64,000 nucleotides of DNA from an uncultured Nautiliales bacterium (lineage in GTDB: Bacteria; Campylobacterota; Campylobacteria; Campylobacterales; Nautiliaceae), in contig CAYULY010000003.1 in NCBI GenBank assembly GCA_964445785.1, positions 4,084 through 68,083 on the forward strand. The letters run 5' to 3'. Positions 59,889 through 64,000 of this stretch are shown piece after piece; positions within the stretch are counted from its first letter, which is position 1; each line of letters begins with the position of its first letter. Below the pieces are notes generated by a model. That model did no database searches, was not told the DNA's origin, and was given only the letters and a program-made list of their open reading frames with translations. Position numbers and translations under genes: made by a program.

Positions 59889-59893
59889 TTAAT

Positions 59894-60334
59894 TTATTTG
59901 TCCATAATCATAGCTTTAAGTTCGGCTTCACTAACAAGCTCTCCGTCTACGTAAGCTTCTCCTTTAAGATGCCAGATTTTTCCTTTATATTTAATTGTAA
60001 ATACTTTATAAACAAGTTTATCTCCGGGAAACACCGGTTTTCTGAATTTTGCTTTGTCAATACTCATAAAATATATGACTTTATTGTTTAATTCGTCTTT
60101 ATTTATTATGGTAAACGGTAAAGTCGCTCCCGTTTGAGCCATTCCCTCAATTATTAAAACCCCAGGATAAATCGGATGTCCGGGAAAATGGCCTTGAAAA
60201 ACTTGATTTGTAATAGAAATATTTAAATATCCCTCAACATATTCGCCCTCTTTTACATCGGTAATTCTATCAACCAATAAAAACGGATATCTGTGCGGAA
60301 GCATCTCTTGAATTTGATTAATATCAAAAACCAT
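59894..60334 (-). CDS. fabZ: 3-hydroxyacyl-ACP dehydratase
   Basis: [39 protein letters not shown]. Confidence 0.97.
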   Translation of the reverse strand: MVFDINQIQEMLPHRYPFLLVDRITDVKEGEYVEGYLNISITNQVFQGHFPGHPIYPGVLIIEGMAQTGATLPFTIINKDELNNKVIYFMSIDKAKFRKPVFPGDKLVYKVFTIKYKGKIWHLKGEAYVDGELVSEAELKAMIMDK

Positions 60335-60349
60335 GGTTTTCCTTTTTTA

Positions 60350-61420
60350 TTATAATTTTATCAAAATTTCTCTCACATCCGGATAAACTTTAACTTTTAT
60401 ATCTACTTCATATTTGTTATCAATCTCATCTACCACAATTATAGGAGATAAAGAGTATTTGGTATGAGTTATTTTTTCCCTAAACGAAATCTCCTCATCA
60501 ACATTAGGAGGCGAAGAAAATATATCTTTGACATTTTTATATGTTTTATTTAAAACAGCATTAAATTTTTTAAGAGTTACGAAGATTATCTGCATTCGGT
60601 TAAAATATCCGACCCCGTCTTTTATATATTCAATCCTTCCTCTTACACCACGCTCAAGATAAGAATAAAAAAGAATATAACTATCAACAACTTCTTTATT
60701 AGCTTTAACAACGCCTTGTAAAAGTCTATAATTTAAAAAGTTCTCTTTTAAGATTTTATATTCGATTCCTTTTTCCTCATAATCCAGCCGTTTGGTGTAA
60801 ATTAAAAGTTTCTCTTCAATGCTTGAGGGCAAAATCTGTTTCGTAATAGGGGAAAAAAGTTCATCAATTACTTCTTGATGCCGTTTTTGACGCCACATTC
60901 CGTAAATACATCCGCAATAATCCTGCCTATACATTTTCATCTCTTTGGCAAATTTCTGCTGCTTTTGAGTTCCACCTTTTTTTCTAAAATCGGGAGCGTA
61001 AAAGTTTATGTTATATTTTCTTTTGATAACTTTCCCTATAGAATTTAACTGCTCTTGAGACTTCATAGGAGACATAAGCAAAGAGGTGGTAATAGTATCC
61101 TCTCCCCTACTTTTGGCAAATCGCGCCGTAGCTTCCAAAGAGTGATCAAAACATATAGAACACCTGCTGCCTTTTTCCGGTTCGTTTTCTTTACCTTTTA
61201 CAGCTTTTAACCAGCTTTCGTAATCATACTCTCCTTCTACATACTTAATACCTAATTTTTCGCATATTCTTTTGGTATCCAAACTTCTTAATTTAAATTC
61301 GCTAAAGGGGTGAATATTGGGATCATAAAAAAAGCCTATAATTTCTTCGTCTTTAAATTCTTCCTTTAAACGTTTTAAAAAATAACCGGCATCAACACTA
61401 CAACATAAATGAGCAACCAT
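60350..61420 (-). CDS. queH: epoxyqueuosine reductase QueH (DUF208)
   Basis: HLCCSVD, DPNIHP, RC..C, SP.K, YRQDYCGC. Confidence 0.9.
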   Translation of the reverse strand: MVAHLCCSVDAGYFLKRLKEEFKDEEIIGFFYDPNIHPFSEFKLRSLDTKRICEKLGIKYVEGEYDYESWLKAVKGKENEPEKGSRCSICFDHSLEATARFAKSRGEDTITTSLLMSPMKSQEQLNSIGKVIKRKYNINFYAPDFRKKGGTQKQQKFAKEMKMYRQDYCGCIYGMWRQKRHQEVIDELFSPITKQILPSSIEEKLLIYTKRLDYEEKGIEYKILKENFLNYRLLQGVVKANKEVVDSYILFYSYLERGVRGRIEYIKDGVGYFNRMQIIFVTLKKFNAVLNKTYKNVKDIFSSPPNVDEEISFREKITHTKYSLSPIIVVDEIDNKYEVDIKVKVYPDVREILIKL

Positions 61421-61437
61421 AAAAGAGCCTAAAGTCC

Positions 61438-61662
61438 TTAGCTTACGCTAGGACAAGAAAGTTCTACGTAAATTTTAAAAGTATCTCCCTCTTCGTTTAC
61501 GAAAAATCTATGCTTTTTACAAAATTTAGCGTTCATATGGTTTACAAGTTTTAAAGCTTCAAACTCCGCCTCTTCTTTTGTTTCAAATATTTTAGGAAAC
61601 TCAAGTCCGCTTCTTTTAACACATCCACACTGTTTTTCGATATCAACTTTAAACATTTCCAT
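61438..61662 (-). CDS. small conserved Cys/His-containing hypothetical protein
   Basis: 74 aa with CGC..RS and MN..FCKKH.F motifs. Confidence 0.6.
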   Translation of the reverse strand: MEMFKVDIEKQCGCVKRSGLEFPKIFETKEEAEFEALKLVNHMNAKFCKKHRFFVNEEGDTFKIYVELSCPSVS

Positions 61663-61750
61663 TCCTTTTAGATAAATTTTGTCCGAAATATACCAAAATT
61701 TTTTACAAAATCAAATTTTTTTGATATATTAAGCCCAAAAAAGGAAAACT

Positions 61751-62251
61751 ATGACTCAAATTCAAAAAGAGATGATGGCACTGGTTGGGGCTTGTACTCA
61801 AGAGTATGGAGATAAGTTTTTGGTACCTAGTGAATTAAATGAAGAGTTTAATAAAATACTAACTAAAAAATTTGAAATTTTTAATGAAAACTTTCAAGAA
61901 AAATATGATTTAATCATCCAAAAGACCCCGGGAGATTTAGTTGAGATTTACCAAAAACTAAACGATAAAGGAATATACATAACAACTGCAAAATCTTTAG
62001 AAGATAGAGACTTATTTGCAAATTTAAGCAAACTTTTTTATATCGTAATGCCTTACTATTTTATAGAAGAAGACGGCACAAGAAAAGCTTTGGTATTCGC
62101 AAGTAAAAAGATTCACCCTACAGCTGATTTAATAAGACACAGAAGCGATTTCGTACAAAACACTCACTATTATCACACCGACATCCATTTAGCAAGTTTC
62201 ATTTTACCTAAATATATTTTTGAGAATATCAAAGATGTTATCAGACTTTAA
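61751..62251 (+). CDS. truncated/degenerate spermidine synthase-like protein
   Basis: EMM..V..C start, KYDLII, FASKK.HPTAD and YY..DIH.A.F.LP match the SpeE C-terminus; next to coaE as in Helicobacter. Confidence 0.7.
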   Translation: MTQIQKEMMALVGACTQEYGDKFLVPSELNEEFNKILTKKFEIFNENFQEKYDLIIQKTPGDLVEIYQKLNDKGIYITTAKSLEDRDLFANLSKLFYIVMPYYFIEEDGTRKALVFASKKIHPTADLIRHRSDFVQNTHYYHTDIHLASFILPKYIFENIKDVIRL

Positions 62252-62798
62252 AAACGCAATCGTTTTAACTGGAGGCATAGGTACGGGTAAAAGTACCGTC
62301 GCTTCTTTTTTAAAAATGTACGGATATAAAATAATAGACGCAGACAAAATCAGTAAAGAAGTTTTTAAAGAAAAAAAAGACAAAATAGAAAAACTCTTCA
62401 ACACAACTGACAGAAAAGAGATAAGAAAAATAGTATTTAACGACAAAGAAAAGCTAAAATCGCTAGAAGATATAATCCTACCGGAAGTAAAAAAAAGAGT
62501 ACTTTTACTTTGTGAAAAATACGAAAAAGACGGTGTTGCATATTTTGTGGATTTACCTTTGTATTTTGAAAAACAAAACTACAACTTCAATAAAGTCCTA
62601 GTAGTATACGCTCCAAAAGAGATTCAAATTCAAAGAGTAATAAAAAGAGACAACGTAACGGAAAAAGACGCTAAAGCTATTTTAAACAATCAAATGGATA
62701 TTGAAAAGAAAAAAGAGTTAGCCGATTTTGTAATAGACAATTCAAAAGATTTAAAACATCTCCAAAAAGAGATAGAAAAGTTTTTAAAAATGATATAA
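62235..62798 (+). CDS. coaE: dephospho-CoA kinase
   Basis: LTGGIGTGKS, IDAD, PLYFE, R..KRD, Q.DIE.K, VIDNS. Confidence 0.95.
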   Translation: MLSDFKNAIVLTGGIGTGKSTVASFLKMYGYKIIDADKISKEVFKEKKDKIEKLFNTTDRKEIRKIVFNDKEKLKSLEDIILPEVKKRVLLLCEKYEKDGVAYFVDLPLYFEKQNYNFNKVLVVYAPKEIQIQRVIKRDNVTEKDAKAILNNQMDIEKKKELADFVIDNSKDLKHLQKEIEKFLKMI

Positions 62799-62816
62799 TA
62801 AAAAAAAGGAGTAAAA

Positions 62817-63050
62817 ATGAAAACAAATCAAGTAATCGCAGAATTTCCTCTGGCAAACACAAAAGAAGGAAAAATTACTGTATCTCATATAAAAGAACCT
62901 TACGGAAAAAACTCAAAACCGGTTATAAGTATAGGAATTTCTCTAAACGGAGACGAAAACAACCCTGACTGGAAAGCTCATATTCCGTATGAAAATATAG
63001 ACGACGTAATAGCGGCTCTAAAAGCTGTAAAAGAAAAATTTAAAAACTAA
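62817..63050 (+). CDS. hypothetical protein
   Basis: AAGGAG RBS; 77 aa ORF with normal composition (EPYG...SIG...PDWK.HIP). Confidence 0.65.
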   Translation: MKTNQVIAEFPLANTKEGKITVSHIKEPYGKNSKPVISIGISLNGDENNPDWKAHIPYENIDDVIAALKAVKEKFKN

Positions 63051-63952
63051 TTTTTCTTTATTTTCGCAAAGAAAAAGCCCGAGTAAGCGTCTTTTGGTAA
63101 AATCCTAACACTTTTCTTTACATCGGGATGAAACTCTTTATCTTCCCATTTTGTAAGACCGTTTTGAATATTCTCAATAGACAGTTTAACATCCATAATT
63201 TCTGCGTTTTCATACTTTTTAAGCAAAAAATCCACACTCTCTTCATTTTCTTCCGGAGAAAACGTACAAGTGGCAAATATCATCTCACCTCCCGGTTTTA
63301 AAGCCTCAAAAGCCGAAATAATAAGCTCTTTTTGAAGCTTTGCAAAACGTCTAACTCTTTTTAAATTCCACCACGTAATACCTTCGTTAAAGTCTATATG
63401 GGATTCACTACTGCAAGGAGCGTCCAAAAACACCCTATCAAACATCTCTCCGGTGGCTTTATAAACAAAACGACCATCTTTATTGTAAGTTTGGATATTT
63501 TTTGCACCGTGTTCTTTGAAGTTTCTTTTCATTCTAAAAAACCTACCTTTATCTGGTTCTACGGCACTGACTTTTCTTGCTATTTCGCTAAAAATCAGAC
63601 TCTTCCCACCGGGAGCCGCCGCCAAATCCAAAACCCAATCATTCTCTTTTACATCCAATGCCAACGCAGAAATAATAGAAGAGAGGTTTTGAATATAGAT
63701 TTTATTCGCTGTATAAGTTTTGGTTTTGGTTATCTTTTTTCTATCTTCCATAGGAAGGGTATAAACCCACTCACTCCATTCAACCTTCTTAGGATTAAAC
63801 CCCTCTTTTCTTAGCTCTTCAATCGCTTCTAGGGAAGCTTTGTGTCTGTTTATTCTAAAAGAAAACTCTTTTTTTTCTTTTAACCCTTTAAGAATTGACG
63901 GATTTATTTTATTTATTCTTTCAATAAAAATAGCTTCGTTATCTTTTTTCAT
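63047..63952 (-). CDS. RsmB/NOP family RNA m5C methyltransferase (RsmF-like)
   Basis: IQNLSS, LDLAAAPGGKS, DAPCS, TCT..PEENE, GFF.A. Confidence 0.92.
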   Translation of the reverse strand: MKKDNEAIFIERINKINPSILKGLKEKKEFSFRINRHKASLEAIEELRKEGFNPKKVEWSEWVYTLPMEDRKKITKTKTYTANKIYIQNLSSIISALALDVKENDWVLDLAAAPGGKSLIFSEIARKVSAVEPDKGRFFRMKRNFKEHGAKNIQTYNKDGRFVYKATGEMFDRVFLDAPCSSESHIDFNEGITWWNLKRVRRFAKLQKELIISAFEALKPGGEMIFATCTFSPEENEESVDFLLKKYENAEIMDVKLSIENIQNGLTKWEDKEFHPDVKKSVRILPKDAYSGFFFAKIKKN

Positions 63953-64000
63953 CTACTCTCCTACAATTTTGGAATTTTAAATATCTCTTTTTGTAAAGGT

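Noticed and set aside
1-64000. CRISPR array, IS elements, rRNA, riboswitches
   Set aside because: No regularly spaced repeats, transposase motifs or terminal inverted repeats were seen; intergenic regions upstream of moaD, leuA and the his genes are too short for riboswitches or attenuators
63961-64000. Minus-strand C-terminal fragment (...PLQKEIFKIPKL*)
   Set aside because: Probably the end of an upstream gene, but too short to identify

Overview
AT-rich, gene-dense chromosomal segment of a Campylobacterota (epsilonproteobacterial) bacterium. Gene order and protein sequences suggest a deep-sea vent Nautiliaceae-type organism (inference). Most of it is housekeeping: purM, trpS, der, leuA, pssA/psd, ftsH-prmA-cheY, hisAH, alaS, bioF/bioB, PBP1A, gltX, topA, moeA-moaE-moaD, mqnA, aroC-rnc-rnhA, cydAB, pckA, nspC, htrA, mreBC-clpX-lpxA-fabZ, queH, coaE, and a four-tRNA cluster (Gly-Cys-Leu-Ser). 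Accessory pieces sit between the core genes. (1) An ABC/AAA_21-type ATPase plus DUF3226/TOPRIM-like gene pair lies between hisH and hisA, flanked by a 12/14-bp direct repeat; it is a candidate PARIS-like anti-phage system. (2) A stand-alone DUF1931 (Aquifex Aq_328-like) histone-fold doublet gene has a perfect sigma70 promoter and its own terminator. (3) A PTS-EIIC/EAL fusion is followed by a decayed integrative-element remnant (sigma70-region-4 pseudogene, repeated TCAGT motifs) at the 3' end of tRNA-Ser. (4) An internally deleted nucleotidyltransferase-antitoxin-like relic follows topA. (5) A very AT-rich divergent DUF4105/PEGA pair is present, and the PEGA reading frame stays open for 72 codons past its TGA. 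(6) There is an LPP20-LPP20-MltC cell-wall operon and a superoxide-reductase-like gene next to the cytochrome bd operon. I saw no CRISPR array, rRNA, intact transposase or integrase. All family calls come from motif recognition by eye, not from database searches.
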